Origin: Obrimoposthia wandeli | Taxonomy: Eukaryota | Assembly (NCBI GenBank): GCA_977020255.1 | Contig: CDROCS010003227.1 | Coordinates: forward strand, 62,001-126,000 | Direction of reading: 5' to 3' | Length of the DNA: 64,000 nucleotides | Shown here: piece by piece, positions 12,801 through 27,000 of the stretch | Numbering within the stretch: position 1 is the stretch's first letter | Layout: each line of letters begins with the position of its first letter | The notes under the pieces: model-generated | What the model was told of the DNA's origin: nothing | The model's database searches: none | The model's input: the letters and a program-made list of their open reading frames with translations, nothing else | Made by a program: the position numbers and the translations under genes

Positions 12801-15800
12801 TATTGAAGATCACACAAATCAAAAGCGAACAGATATTGCAATTACTTTAGTTGTTCAAGTTTAGAAACAGCTGACGATTCATAATAATTTTTTGTTCTAA
12901 TATAAAAATTAAACTTCATTGTACGATAAAATATTTTAATTTAATTAAAATTTTAATCTGAATTTCACCTTATAGTCGCATATGAGGGATTATTTTAGGA
13001 ACCAAGTGATTCTTGACTGTAGTACTCTTATTCAGAAGATCCACTGATTTAGATTAAAAGTAAATTGAACCTTGAACCAATTAAAATTGTCAGAAACTTC
13101 ATATGATTTCCGTTTAATTAACATTCCAGTCAGCAACTGCTAGAAACGTCGTTTCAGCAATATTGATAGGTCCTAATTAAATTACTTTTAACAAGTTCAT
13201 TAATATCTCAAACATTGAAAGCATGATGGGAAAGCTTTTTGATAAGAAGAGCACTTCTTATTTTTCTTTCAGTTGCTTTATTTTTAGACCATCACTCTGC
13301 TGGATATATTTATATATAAGACTCATAAACATTTTAATAAATACTGTTTTCAATTATTTTCACATCAATATTCTTGGCACAAAGCACACAGAGAACTTTT
13401 ATCATCATATAGATTTCACTCTTCGACATGTTTTACTTACAATAAAAGTTGAAGGTGGAAATTTCAGATTTTTATAATATTTTCAAATTTACTTAATTAT
13501 CCAAAAAGTTGTTTAAAAAAATCTTTGCTTCCATATCCATTGTTTTAAGATATATTTTTATATTTAAAAACTTGGTTACTGGTTTGTTTAAGTTATAATT
13601 GTAACAAATGTAACTCCACTTTTAAAATTGATACAAATTACTACAATTGATTATTTAAAAAGTATTTATTGATAATTATTTCACTGTCAGTAAATTTTAA
13701 AGGTTTATAAACCTTCCGAACTATATTCATTAAGTAGATTTATTTTCATTTTAAAATTATTTCAACTTTAGATTTTGCAATTTTTAACTGTTCTGAATAG
13801 AAAGTAACCTTACAAAATAAGCTTGCATGTAATTGATTCTTGAACTGAATGAAAAACAATCTCCACATAATTTTTTAAATATCAGTTTCTAAATTTCAAG
13901 AGAAAAAACTGAAATACTAAACAAAAAAGAAAAGAAGGAATACTTTTTAAATGACTAAAATGATCATGTAAATAATTCAAAATCATATTAATCATATATT
14001 TTCATAAAATGTCAAATGTATATATATTATAATAAAAAACGAATAGTATATATAAAAACAGAAAACCTTCAATAATTTCATTAAAATATTAGAAAATTCA
14101 AAGGAAAAAAAATAAAAAAGTTAGAGTTAATACATTTAAAAATAAATGCATATGTTTATTAACATATACTCATTTAAATACTTTACTTTTCTTAGAGGGC
14201 AAACGTGACATTACAAAAAAAGATTTTTGTTTTCATTTTTGGAGCGTATTTTTGAAAAGAAATACTCATTTCGTTTAATGGGGGGTCGGGTTAAGCTGCC
14301 TAAACCCACTTTTTAATCCTTTATATTAAAAATTTACCCAAAATTCAGCTCATTTTAACTGATAATTATCCTGTGAGTTTTGATCTTCTAGTGTTAAAAG
14401 AGGAAAGTTATAGTCAACAAAACACGTAAACAGTATTATGTATAAATTTGTAAAATTGATTAATTTTTATTGGTACTTTTTTTTTGTATTTTGTGAGAAG
14501 TATTGAGAGAAGGGTTAAGCAGGCGTTTATGAATTTTCCCGAATAAGTTAAAATTTTCAAGAACTACAACGTCTGGTCAATTTGACAATGTCCTCACGAT
14601 CAACTGAAAAACTCACCGAATTGATGAGCAAATCGAATGCATTGTTGACATCGGCCAATTTCTGGGCATCGTCCAAGCAAGTCGATAGGCTAACGTCATT
14701 TTTGATGTTTCTGTAGTTCGGCTTCAGAGTTCCGCTTTTGGTGCAAATGTCCTTCATAGCACTGAACATGGGGTTCGTGAGCTTCTGGTACCGGAAATAG
14801 TCATTGGACTGTTTGAACTTGTTGCAAACTTTGCCAAACTTCTTCATGCAGCCATCGTAGACATCGCCCATTCTGTGGTGTTGGATCCAGATCAGAACAA
14901 CCAATACCCTGGACCTCTTTAACAGAAAGGGCCTATGAATTTTACACTGTCTGGTAAAGTCTTATTACACCGAAAATCATAAATTCGATTTTTTTCAAAA
15001 CACTGACGATTTTAATAAGTTTTTCTGTAATTGAATAAAATACATTTTTGAAAAAACTGAATAAAACAAATCTAATTATTTTTTACTGTTATTCAGCACA
15101 ATTATGATTATTTCCATTTACTCTTTCACATTTATTATCAAAAAAAACAAACATTCTTTTGTTTTATGAAAAACTGAAATTTACTTTTGATCTTTTGTAT
15201 GATTTTTTGTGAAATAAGATTTTACCAAATCTTTTTGATCAATGATTTGTTACAATAAATAAAATCCACAAAAAAACTAAACAATATACGTCAGCGGTTA
15301 TTTAGAATTTAAAAATTATAAATAATAATAATGTAGTAATAAACTATGGAAAACCTGAAGCCAAATTAGAAAATGCTTTAGCATAATTTATGTATATTTG
15401 TGGATATTAAAACTATTAAAAGACTGGTGTGAGATGTCGACATCTCGCCAGAAGCGGATCGCACAATGATCAGGACCGACACAGCCAATAAAACTCCGAC
15501 TGGTTATAACACCGATGCAGCATGATAATTGGATATTAATAAAATTGAAGCTGTACTAATATATTGATTTAATTTGTGTGAAAAATGCAGCCCACCAAAC
15601 TGCTTAGAATTTTCTTTTTGATTTGTTCCACCTCATTTAAAGTCCAATTGAGTCCTCTGAATGTTGCATGTTTTGATTTTTCATTGTTGATAAAAATAGA
15701 TTTAATAACTTTTAACAAGTTTTCTTTGCTTCAAAAACCGCCACCTTTTACCACTTAATTTCCAATAGCATTTTGCTTGTCGTACGGCATTTCTGTGTCG

Positions 15801-17517
15801 ATTTTCTTTTTCTCGGTTTGTCAAAGTTATTTGAAATACGGATTCTTGAAGAGCTCCTCATTTCTAACATTGATGATGTAATCTGAATTATATTCCAATC
15901 CTAATTGAATTTCCCTCTTCCTATTTCCTCGCAATTAACGTCATCTCCAACGACTTCAACAACACGATCATTTTAAAGACTTTTATAAAGCAGTTTCTAA
16001 TTGTAACACCACTTACCGTTCCTCATGACTTTGATATTAAACGTATTGCTTACCAACCGTATCCTCAATTGTCAAAATTTTATTGCTTTCTGTAACAACT
16101 TTCTCCTGTAATTTTCTTTGAAGCTTCTTATCCTCGCCTGGTCAAAGTGTTGGAGAATACTTGTCGTATTTTTGGTATTAATACCATTTTTACAAATCAA
16201 TATCCATGTTTTGAATTGGAGCATTGTCAATTAACCAACAGATAATTTATTATTTTCTTCTGTTCTGGATATGCGGTTGGAAGATATTTAACATTATGAA
16301 AAAAACGTGGAGTGTGTGCCTTTCTGATTACAAGAGGAACCAGCTTTTAACTTCCTGACATATTGTAACATAGCAAGTTTTCGAGTTTTTTTTATTACTC
16401 AATGAATCTTTTTTATTTGACTTCATTGTTTATATATTTAAATATTTTATAAAATTATATATTTGAAATATAATAAATTTGAAATGCATTAAAATAAACC
16501 CATTTAATTTTTATAATTTTGATATTAACTACATCAAAAATATGTAAAATTGCTTATGTACATAGAAAAACAGGAGTTAACCCCAAATTTCATATGATAT
16601 TTTTTAAATATTTAAATGGACTTAAGGTTACTAATATTTTTTCTAACTTCATTCATTTTTCCGATTTTCATTTATTTTGTTCAATCCAATAGGACTGCCA
16701 TCAGAGTTGAATTATTGGAGATTAAAAGTATGTAAGTATATCTTCATTATGATTTCAACCTAATTTTTAAGAAACATTTTTTAAACAATTCACATTTCTA
16801 AGGTTATATTTTTAATACAGCTTGTTTGATATAAAAATAAATATTAAATGAAAATGATTATCATACAAATAAAGATACAAAATCACACAATATTTAATTA
16901 ATATTAATTTCAAAAACCATTTTCAGTTTTAAATTTAGTCAAGCTTTCACACAAAAAAGTCTGATACTTTGGCATCCTTTTCTTAATCAAAATCGTGATT
17001 TTTATCGAAAATAAATCTCATATTTAACGTAGTCTTAAATATAATTTAAATAAAAAATAAATTTTTCATAAAATATAGTAACCTATTTGTTAACAACCAC
17101 ATGAACCTTGGCTATCCTGAGTACTACAGTAAACTGAAACTTATAAACGAGAAACTTACTTGCAGAGAATAGTGAGTTTAAGGAATAGGATGTTGGTGTT
17201 TCTTGAAGAGAATGAGGTCTTGATGAAATCTGCGAGTGCCTCAATGAGCTGAGTGCCAGTGAAATTGCCCATCATGGAGTCGCACATTGTGGGCTGTCGA
17301 GGGTCGACCAAGGCGCGGCAATCTGACTCATTGAAGACACCTCTGATGGCGTTAATCAGCTTCTCAAGATTTTCGGGTAGTCTTGGTGGACTACGCGGTG
17401 GTTTGGGAGGACTTTCCGAACTTGGTGGTGGTGGTTGACGACTGGTGTGAGATGTCGACATCTCGCCAGAAGCGGATCGCACAATGACCAGGACCGACAC
17501 AGCCAATAAAACTCCGA
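3813..17517 (-). CDS. Multi-exon host gene for a probable secreted Cys-rich precursor of unknown family
   Basis: GC-richer exons with GT-AG boundaries and consistent phase: 17160-17517, 14617-14932, 11766-12012, 9760-10007, 9535-9670, ~8900-9055, 8731-8842, 4081-4163, 3813-4028. Hydrophobic N-terminal segment GVLLAVSVLVIVRSASG; SRRKR site; Cys-rich C-terminus. One in-frame TGA at 8958-8960. First exon not located. Confidence 0.55.
6288..7830 (+). pseudogene. Degenerate Chapaev3-type transposase
   Basis: N-terminal FCYICG..C..C Zn finger; internal C(C)SMCLWDSR, LPPLHIKLG and EGIF; C-terminal MSLKINCLSSHIDF..SDEHGECFHQ..RYQGR. Many stops. Confidence 0.8.
7944..8028 (+). repeat. 17-bp tandem repeat (AAATTTAGAACATAGAT) x5
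   Basis: Read directly from the sequence; lies in the 3' end of the Chapaev3-like element. Confidence 0.9.
10383..10447 (+). pseudogene. tRNA-derived (Ala-like) pseudogene or SINE head
   Basis: A-box-like TAGTTCAGTGA, a CTTGCAA loop and a B-box/T-arm-like CCTGGGATTCAATCCCCGG; the acceptor stem does not form well. Confidence 0.4.
15422..15531. repeat. ~110-bp near-identical copy of 17439-17549 (5' part of a host exon) inside the intron
   Basis: gactggtgtgagatgtcgacatc...gcagcatgataattg occurs at both positions with about one mismatch. Confidence 0.9.
15600..16450 (-). pseudogene. pogo/Tigger DDE transposase remnant
   Basis: Minus strand gives IDNAPI..NTTSILQHFDQARIRSFKENYRRKLLQKAI, the DDE_1 pattern DNAP..PPNTTS..QP.DQG..FK..YR; disrupted. 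Confidence 0.65.
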
Positions 17518-18474
17518 CTGGTTATAACACCGATGCAGCATGATAATTGCAGAATTGCAGACCAATTGATTAAATAAAACAGTAAACGAAGCTATTTTCA
17601 AAATATAAAATCAGCTAGGTAAGTGTAAATTAATTCAATTTATTTATTGGCAAATCGATTTCAAAACATTTAGTTGATATTAAATTGTTATCACATATCT
17701 GGGAATTTTTATTTCCAATTTGAACATACTCTTACTTTTTAAATGATAATATAAATAATTATGGTTAAGCAGTTGAATAAAATTCTGTAACTTTTAGTTA
17801 TAAAATATTTTAAATACAAAAATCAGCTAAAATAATTTAAAAAGCGAATGAAATGCTCAAAAGAAATATTAAAGTTCAAAATAAAATTATTGATTGATTG
17901 GTCTTATTATAAATTAAGAATTTGGAAAATGATCTCTTTTAAAAATCTTCAAAAGAAACTAAACCTTACCAAAGCAGCAGCTTCTCATTGTACTTTTGTT
18001 AAATTAGAAGAGCTCAGTGAAGAAATAAATTTTGCAAGAGACCTTCAACTTAAGTAGTTCACCATTATTTATCGGTAGCCAAGAAACTGAATATGGTCTT
18101 GTGACGTGACGGTTACGCTCTAATGCAAGTGAAGGTTCTTGAGAGTACTGAGCTGTTAGCTGCACAAAATCTTGTCTGTTCTGTCTGTCAGTCTTAATTA
18201 AAACGTATTTTCTCAAGTTACGTACTACTAATGTTGAGATTACAATATCAAAATGTAAGTACTTCAACAATATCGTTTATTAATAAAATTACACAAAGCA
18301 CATATATTTTGATAAAACATAATAACGTAAACTACAATAATAACCCGGGCAACAATTTAGAGAGTCCATAAACATATATTGAGGATGAAGACGATGATCT
18401 AAACTAAGTTGACTATGCTAAACAGACTACAATATCATGAGTAGGTAGAAGGATGGAGTCTAGACCACTTGACC

Positions 18475-18609
18475 CCCCCCTAAAGGGTGTCACACCATAA
18501 GGATGTCTTGCCACACCATAAGGATATATGTTGCCTCACCTCTGGTAAGGCAACATATACCCTTATGGTGTGGCAAGACACCCTTATGGTGTGACACCCT
18601 TTAGGGGGG
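18475..18609. repeat. Subterminal hairpin (~66-bp stem) followed by a G-tract cluster; mirrored at 30825-30940
   Basis: cccccctaaagggtgtcacaccataagg...ttgcct pairs with aggcaa...ccttatggtgtgacaccctttagggggg with about 3 mismatches; G6-G6-G5-G4-G3-G5 runs at 18604-18642. Confidence 0.9.
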
Positions 18610-18639
18610 AGGGGGGAGGGGGAGGGGAGAGGGTGAGGG

Positions 18640-19015
18640 GGTCAAGTGATCTAGTCTCCACCCTTCTTTTGGCTAACCACTAAAGGGTTGTGGTCGTCCA
18701 TAATTCAAAGGGTCAAGTGGTCTAGTCTCCACCCTTCTTTTTGTGGTCTAGTCTCCACCCTTCTTTTTGGCTAACCACTATGATCGTCCATTATTCAAAG
18801 GGTCAAGTGGTCTAGTCTCCACCCTTCTTTTTGTGGTCTAGTCTCCACCCTTCTTTTTGGCTAACCACTATGATCGTCCATAATTCAAAGGGTCAAGTGG
18901 TCTAGTCTCCACCCTTCTTTTTGTGATCTAGTCTCCACCCTTCTTTTTTGTGGTCTAGTCTCCACCCTTCTTTGATATACCACTATGGTCGTCCATAAAT
19001 CAAAGGGTCAAGGTC
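18640..19015. repeat. Subterminal modular tandem repeats (GTGGTCTAGTCTCCACCCTTCTTTT modules); inverted counterpart ~30355-30795
   Basis: Repeated ~25-bp and ~90-bp modules; copy number and order differ between the arms. Confidence 0.9.
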
Positions 19016-20819
19016 AGTTTTGACTTGAAACTTTGAAGGTATAATTAAGATCATGTGAAAGTTCACACTTAAAAGTTAAGGAATGTATTACGTAATAATA
19101 CACACACTATTCTATGTGAAAATCAAGGCTAAAGTTCACTCTTATCAGTTAAGGAATGTGGTTTTTAACACACAAACTATTCTATGTGAAAGTTTAGATC
19201 AAAATTTTTTTCCTAGGCTTATACATTTATAGAATTATGATAAAATTTCTTTAAATAACTTAAATTATATATTAAAATAAAAAAAAATAAGAAAGAAGTC
19301 AGAGAATAATACAAAATTAAACATATTTAATATGTAATTTCATAATATCATCTTCAAACTTAAGTGAATAGCATTTGTAAAGTAAGAAAATCCATTCTTT
19401 ATACATTCTTTCCGATTTAACAACTAAGTTACAACGGAATTAATAGAAAAAATAAAAAAGTAAATAAAACAACAACACTAAGTTTAACGCTATGAATGAA
19501 AATTAGTAAAATATTAATTTATTTGAATATTTGAATGAAAGTTTGAAAAAAAAATGAGAGTTAGATTGAATGTAAATGAATACAAGTATGAATGCAAATG
19601 AATGCAAATACAAGTAAGTTTCTTAGTAAGTGAATGTAATTTAAAAATAAGAGTGTCGATAGTTTGATTGAATGCGAGTGTAATTTAGACTATAAGTAAA
19701 TTAAAATAGAGTTTTCGTATGAATAAAGTTATGTTAAGTTACAGTAAATTAATAACAAGTAAGCAACTATAAGAAGCAGTGATATTGAAGTATGTTAAAA
19801 ATTAGAATGACTAAGTTATGGCTAGATTAATAGAAAACAACACCAAGTTTGAAGGTATGAATGAAAATTAGTAAAATATTAATGTATTTAAATGTATTTG
19901 AATGATAGTTTGAATAAATTACAGTTAGATTGAATGTAAATGAATGCAAGTATGAATGCAGGGTCAAGTACAAGTAAGAAAGAATACGCAATATGCAAGT
20001 ACGAATGTCAATTATGAATGAAAATTAGTAAATATATTAATGAATTTGAATGTTAGTTTAAATATATGAGAGTTAGAATGAATGTAAGTGAATGCAAGTA
20101 TGAATGTAAGTGAATGCAAATATGAATGCAAATACAAGTAAGAATCTTTACAAGTGAATCTTAAACTGCAAGTGAGTACTAGCTAATTATTAAATTAATA
20201 CTATCAATCAATGAAGATGATGTAAGTTATGATGAAGTTATAATAATTAAGATGCGAACTTTCATATTTTCACATAGTTTACCTCCATATTAAAGTTAAC
20301 CTTTCATACATACTCATGCAATTAAATAATTAAAATGTCTTATCTCGTTTGTTAAAATTCCTTAATTGAAATATTTTAAATAATTAGATAAATTTAAATT
20401 CTTTATTTTTAAATAACTTGATTATAAATTTATATTCGTAAATATAATTTAAATTATCAATATTCATTTCTCTTTTTAACTATTCGAAAATATATTTATA
20501 TACAAATTTAGTGAATTAACTCAACAAACAATTTTATTTTTTTTTAATTACTTGATATTTTTGCCATTGTCTTATTAATATAATATGAATATTCAATTTA
20601 TTTCTTCAAAAATTCATTTTTATATGTTAAATAATATTTCTTTATCACATTATTGTGGTTTTTATCAAGTGATTTTAACCTTAAACTATAAAAAATATTT
20701 TAATTATAAAGTTAGTAGCTGTATTCCGTCGACTGCATATAATATAAATTTCAAATATAAAGTACTATTAAATGTATTCTTTCAAATGGTAAAAGTTCTT
20801 TCGAATTATTTAATTTTGT

Positions 20820-23690
20820 TTACATTCGAAAATTGACTTGTAAATATAATATTATAATTTTGCATATATTCACTTTAATATGTTGTAAGTTATTACTTTA
20901 ATATAATTTTCAACAAAAACTTCAAGTAGTTTACTTATTAAACATAAGTTTAATGTTTTGTACAATAAATTGACTTGTAAACAATATTTATTTTGGTATA
21001 TTTTTTAATATGTTGTAAGTTATTACTTTAATATAATTTACAACAAAAACTTCAAGTAATTTACTTGTAAACTACAATATTTATTTGTTGTTGTATATAT
21101 TCAGTTTAAAATGTTGTAAGTTAATACTTTAATATAATTTACAACCAAATCTTCAAGTAATTTACTTATTAATCATAATTTTAATGATTTGATCAATAAA
21201 TTGACTTGTAAACATAATATAATTTGCATATTTTCAATTTAACACGTTGTAAGTTATTACTATAATATTACATTACATAAAAACGTAATTGATAGTTTAC
21301 TATCGTTTACAATAAATTGACTTGTAAACATAATATATTTATGCATATATTCACTTTAATATGTTGTAAGTTATTACTTTATTATAATTTTCAACAAAAA
21401 CTTCAAGTAGTTTACTTATTAAACATAAGTTTAATGTTTTGTACAATAAATTGACTTGTAAACATAATTTATTTTGGTATATTTTCAATTTAATATGTTG
21501 TAAGTTATTACTTTAATATAATTTACAACAAAAACTTCAAGTAATTTACTTGTAAACTACAATATTTATTTGTTGTTGTATATATTCAGTTTAAAATGTT
21601 GTAAGTTAATACTTTAATATAATTTACAACCAAATCTTCAAGTAATTTACTTATTAATCATAATTTTAATGATTTGATCAATAAATTGACTTGTAAACAT
21701 AATATAATTTGCATATTTTCAATTTAACACGTTGTATTAATATTCTATAATATTAAATTACATAAAAACGTAATTGATAGTTTACTATCGTTTACAATAA
21801 ATTGACTTGTAAACATAATATATTTATGCATATATTCACTTTAATATGTTGTAAGTTATTACTTTAATATAATTTACAACAAAAACTTCAAGTAATTTAC
21901 TTGTAAACTACAATATTTATTTGTTGTTGTATATATTCAGTTTAAAATGTTGTAAGTTAATACTTTAATATAATTTACAACCAAATCTTCAAGTAATTTA
22001 CTTATTAATCATAATTTTAATGATTTGATCAATAAATTGACTTGTAAACATAATATAATTTGCATATTTTCAATTTAACACGTTGTAAGTTAATACTGTA
22101 ATATATCATTACATAAAAAGTAATTCATAGTTTACTGTCGTAAATTGACTTGTAAACATAATATATTTATGCATATATTCACTTTAAAATGTTGTAAGTT
22201 ATTACTTTAATATAATTTTCAACAAAAACTTCAAGTAGTTTACTTATTAAACATAAGTTTAATGTTTTGTAGAATAAATTGACTTGTAAACATAATTTAT
22301 TTTGGTATATTTTCAATTTAATATGTTGTAAGTTATTACTTTAATATAATTTACAACAAAAACTTCAAGTAATTTATTTGTAAACTACAATATTTATTTG
22401 TTGTTGTATATATTCAGTTTAAAATGTTGTAAGTTATTACTTTAATATAATTTACAACCAAAACTTCAAGTAATTTACTTATTAATCATAATTTTAATGA
22501 TTTGATCAATAAATTGACTTGTAAACATAATATAATTTGCATATTTTCAATTGAATATATTGTAAGTTATTACTATAATATTACATTACATAAAAAGTAA
22601 TTGATAGTTTACTATCGTTTACAATAAATTAACTTGTAAACATAATATATTTATGCATATATTCACTTTAATATGTTGTAAGTTATCACTTTAATATAAT
22701 TTTCAACAAAAACTTCAAGTAGTTTACTTATTAAACATAAGTTTAATGTTTTGTACAATAAATTGACTAGTAAACATAATTTATTTTGGTATATTTTCAA
22801 TTTAATATGTTGTAAGTTATTACTTTAATATAATTTACAACAAAAACTTCAAGTAATTTACTTGTAAACTACAATTTTATTTAAAAAATTAGTACAAAAA
22901 CTTCAAGTAGTTTACTTATTAAACATAAGTTTAATGTTTTGTACAATAAATTGACTTGTAAACATAATTTATTTTGGTATATTTTCAATTTGATATATTG
23001 TAAGTTATTACTATAATATTACATTACATAAAAAGTAATTGATAGTTTACTATCGTTTACAATAAATTAACTTGTAAACATAATATATTTATGCATATAT
23101 TCACTTTAATATGTTGTAAGTTATTACTTTAATATAATTTTCAACAAAAACTTCAAGTAGTTTACTTATTAAACATAAGTTTAATGTTTTGTACAATAAA
23201 TTGACTTGTAAACATAATATAATTTGCATATTTTCAATTTAATATATTGTAAGTTATTACTATAATATTACATTACATAAAAAGTAATTGATAGTTTACT
23301 ATCGTTTACAATAAATTAACTTGTAAACATAATATATTTATGCATATATTCACTTTAATATGTTGTAAGTTATTACTTTAATATAATTTTCAACAAAAAC
23401 TTCAAGTAGTTTACTTATTAAACATAAGTTTAATGTTTTGTACAATAAATTGACTTGTAAACATAATATATTTATGCATATATTCACTTTAATATGTTGT
23501 AAGTTATTACTTTAATATAATTTTCAACAAAAACTTCAAGTAGTTTACTTATTAAACATAAGTTTAATGTTTTGTACAATAAATTGACTAGTAAACATAA
23601 TTTATTTTGGTATATTTTCAATTTAATATGTTGTAAGTTATTACTGTAATATTTCATTACATAAAAAGTAATTCATAGTTTATTAATATT
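20820..23690 (+). repeat. AT-rich satellite, left arm (variant monomers of ~100-135 bp)
   Basis: Recurrent TTGACTTGTAAACATAAT / AATATGTTGTAAGTTATTACTTTAATATAATTT / CAAAAACTTCAAGTA; one period of 134 bp measured between 21317 and 21451. Confidence 0.9.
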
Positions 23691-24019
23691 ATGATTATTA
23701 AGTAAACTATTCGAAATGTTGTAAAAATCAAGAAATAAGTTAAAAAATATTCATAGTTGATCAACTCATAACTGAAATTTACATTAGTTTAGTATTGTAT
23801 TATATCAATCATATACCTATACGTTTAAATAAAGTTACTTTTTAAAAAAAAAACCATTGATTTTAAGTATTTCATGTTAAACATTGGTTTTAAAGAAGAA
23901 TTTAGCATTGCAATATCATAAATTAGATTTAATTTAACTATTTTTTATTTATTATTTGATAATTAACTTTTATATCGCTTTTAATTATTGAAATATCTAC
24001 AAATTTTGTACAAGTACAC

Positions 24020-27000
24020 AAGTTCGAATAACTTACAACATATTAAAGTGAATATATGCAAAATTATATTATGTTTACAAGTCAATTTTCGAATGTCTAG
24101 TATACAAAATTAAATAACTCGAAAAAACATTTACTATTTGAAATAATAAACTTAATAGTACTTTATATTTGAAATTTATATTATATGCAGTCGGTGAGGT
24201 ACAGCTACTAACTTTATAATTAAAATATTTTTATAGTTTAAGGTTAAAATCACTTGATAAAATACCACAATAACGTATGTTTACAAATAAATTTATTGTA
24301 AACGATAGTAAACTATCAATGACTTTTTATGTAATGAAATATTAGAGTATTAACTTACAATATATTAAACTGAATATATGTATAAATATATTATTTTTAC
24401 AAGATCTTTTATTATACAAAACATTAAAATTATGATTAATAAGTAAACTACTTGAAGTTTTTGTTGTAAATTATAATAAAGTAATAACTTACAACTTATT
24501 AAAGTGAATATATGAATAAATATATTATGTTTACAAGTAAATTTATAGTAAACGATAGTAAATATCAATTAATTTTATGGTATGGAATATTAAAGTAATA
24601 ACTTACAACATATTAAATTATGTTTACAAGTCAATTTATGATACAAAACATTAAACTTATGATTAATAAGTAAACTACTTGAAGTTTTTGTTGAAAATTA
24701 TATTAAAGTAATAAGTTACAACATATTAAAGTTAATATATGCATAAATATATTATGTTTACAAGTCAATTTATAGTAAACGACAGTAAAATATCAATTAC
24801 TTTTTATGTAATGGAATATTACAGTAATAATTTACAACGTATTATATGAATATGCACAATAAATTATGTTTACAAGTTAATTTATTGATCAAATCATTAA
24901 AATTATGATTATTAAGTAAAGTACTTGAAGTTGTTTGTTGTAAATTATATTACAGTAATAACTTACAACATATTAAATTGAAAATATACAAAAAATATAC
25001 TATGTTTACAAGTTAATGTATTGTACAAAACATTAATATTATGATTATTAAGTAAACTACATGAAGTTTTTGTAGTAAATTATATTACAGTAATAACTTA
25101 CAACATTTTAAACTGTATATATGCAACAACAAATAAATATTGTAGTTTACAAGTAAATTACTTGAAGTTTTTGTTGTAAATTATATTAAAGTAATAACTT
25201 ACAATATATTAAATTGAAAATATACCAAAATAAATTATGTTTACAAGTCAATTTATTGATCAAATCATTAAACTTATGATTAATAAGTAAACTACTTGAA
25301 GTTTTTGTTGAAAATTATATTAAAGTAATAAGTTACAACATATTAAAGTGAATATATGCATAAATATATTATGTTTACAAGTTAATTTATTGTAAACGAT
25401 AGTAAACTATCAATTACTTTTTATGTAATGTAATATTATAGTAATAACTTACAATATATTAAATTGAAAATATACCAAAATAAATTATGTTTACAAGTCA
25501 ATTTATTGTACAAAACATTAAACTTATATTTAATAAGTAAACTACTTGAAGTTTTTGTACTAATTTTTTAAATAAAATTGTAGTTTACAAGTAAATTACT
25601 TGAAGTTTTTGTTGTAAATTATATTAAAGTAATAACTTACAACATATTAAATTGAAAATATACCAAAATAAATTATGTTTACTAGTCAATTTATTGTACA
25701 AAACATTAAACTTATGTTTAATAAGTAAACTACTTGAAGTTTTTGTTGAAAATTATATTAAAGTGATAACTTACAACATATTAAAGTGAATATATGCATA
25801 AATATATTATGTTTACAAGTTAATTTATTGTAAACGATAGTAAACTATCAATTACTTTTTATGTAATGTAATATTATAGTAATAACCTACAATATATTCA
25901 ATTGAAAATATGCAAATTATATTATGTTTACAAGTCAATTTATTGATCAAATCATTAAAATTATGATTAATAAGTAAATTACTTGAAGTTTTGGTTGTAA
26001 ATTATATTAAAGTAATAACTTACAACATTTTAAACTGAATATATACAACAACAAATAAATATTGTAGTTTACAAGTAAATTACTTGAAGTTTTTGTTGTA
26101 AATTATATTAAAGTAATAACTTACAACATATTAAATTGAAAATATACCAAAATAAATTATGTTTACAAGTCAATTTATTGTACAAAACATTAAACTTATG
26201 TTTAATAAGTAAACTACTTGAAGTTTTTGTTGAAAATTATATTAAAGTAATAACTTACAACATATTAAAGTGAATATATGCATAAATATATTATGTTTAC
26301 AAGTTAATTTATTGTAAACGATAGTAAACTATCAATTACTTTTTATGTAATGTAATATTATAGTAATAACTTACAATATATCAAATTGCAAATATACCAA
26401 AATAAATTATGTTTACAAGTCAATTTATTGTACAAAACATTAAACTTATGTTTAATAAGTAAACTACTTGAAGTTTTTGTACTAATTTTTTAAATAAAAT
26501 TGTAGTTTACAAGTAAATTACTTGAAGTTTTTGTTGTAAATTATATTAAAGTAATAACTTACAACATATTAAATTGAAAATATACCAAAATAAATTATGT
26601 TTACTAGTCAATTTATTGTACAAAACATTAAACTTATGTTTAATAAGTAAACTACTTGAAGTTTTTGTTGAAAATTATATTAAAGTAATAACTTACAACA
26701 TATTAAAGTGAATATATGCATAAATATATTATGTTTACAAGTTAATTTATTGTAAACGATAGTAAACTATCAATTACTTTTTATGTAATGTAATATTATA
26801 GTAATAACTTACAATATATTCAATTGAAAATATGCAAATTATATTATGTTTACAAGTCAATTTTCGAATGTCTAGTATACAAAATTAAATAACTCGAAAA
26901 AACATTTACTATTTGAAATAATAAACTTAATAGTACTTTATATTTGAAATTTATATTATATGCAGTCGGTGAGGTACAGCTACTAACTTTATAATTAAAA

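Noticed and set aside
12060-13480. Possible further transposase remnants
   Set aside because: Too degenerate to assign any family motif.
18640-19015. CRISPR-like repeat array
   Set aside because: Eukaryotic context, no unique spacers, modular tandem repeats mirrored in the other arm.
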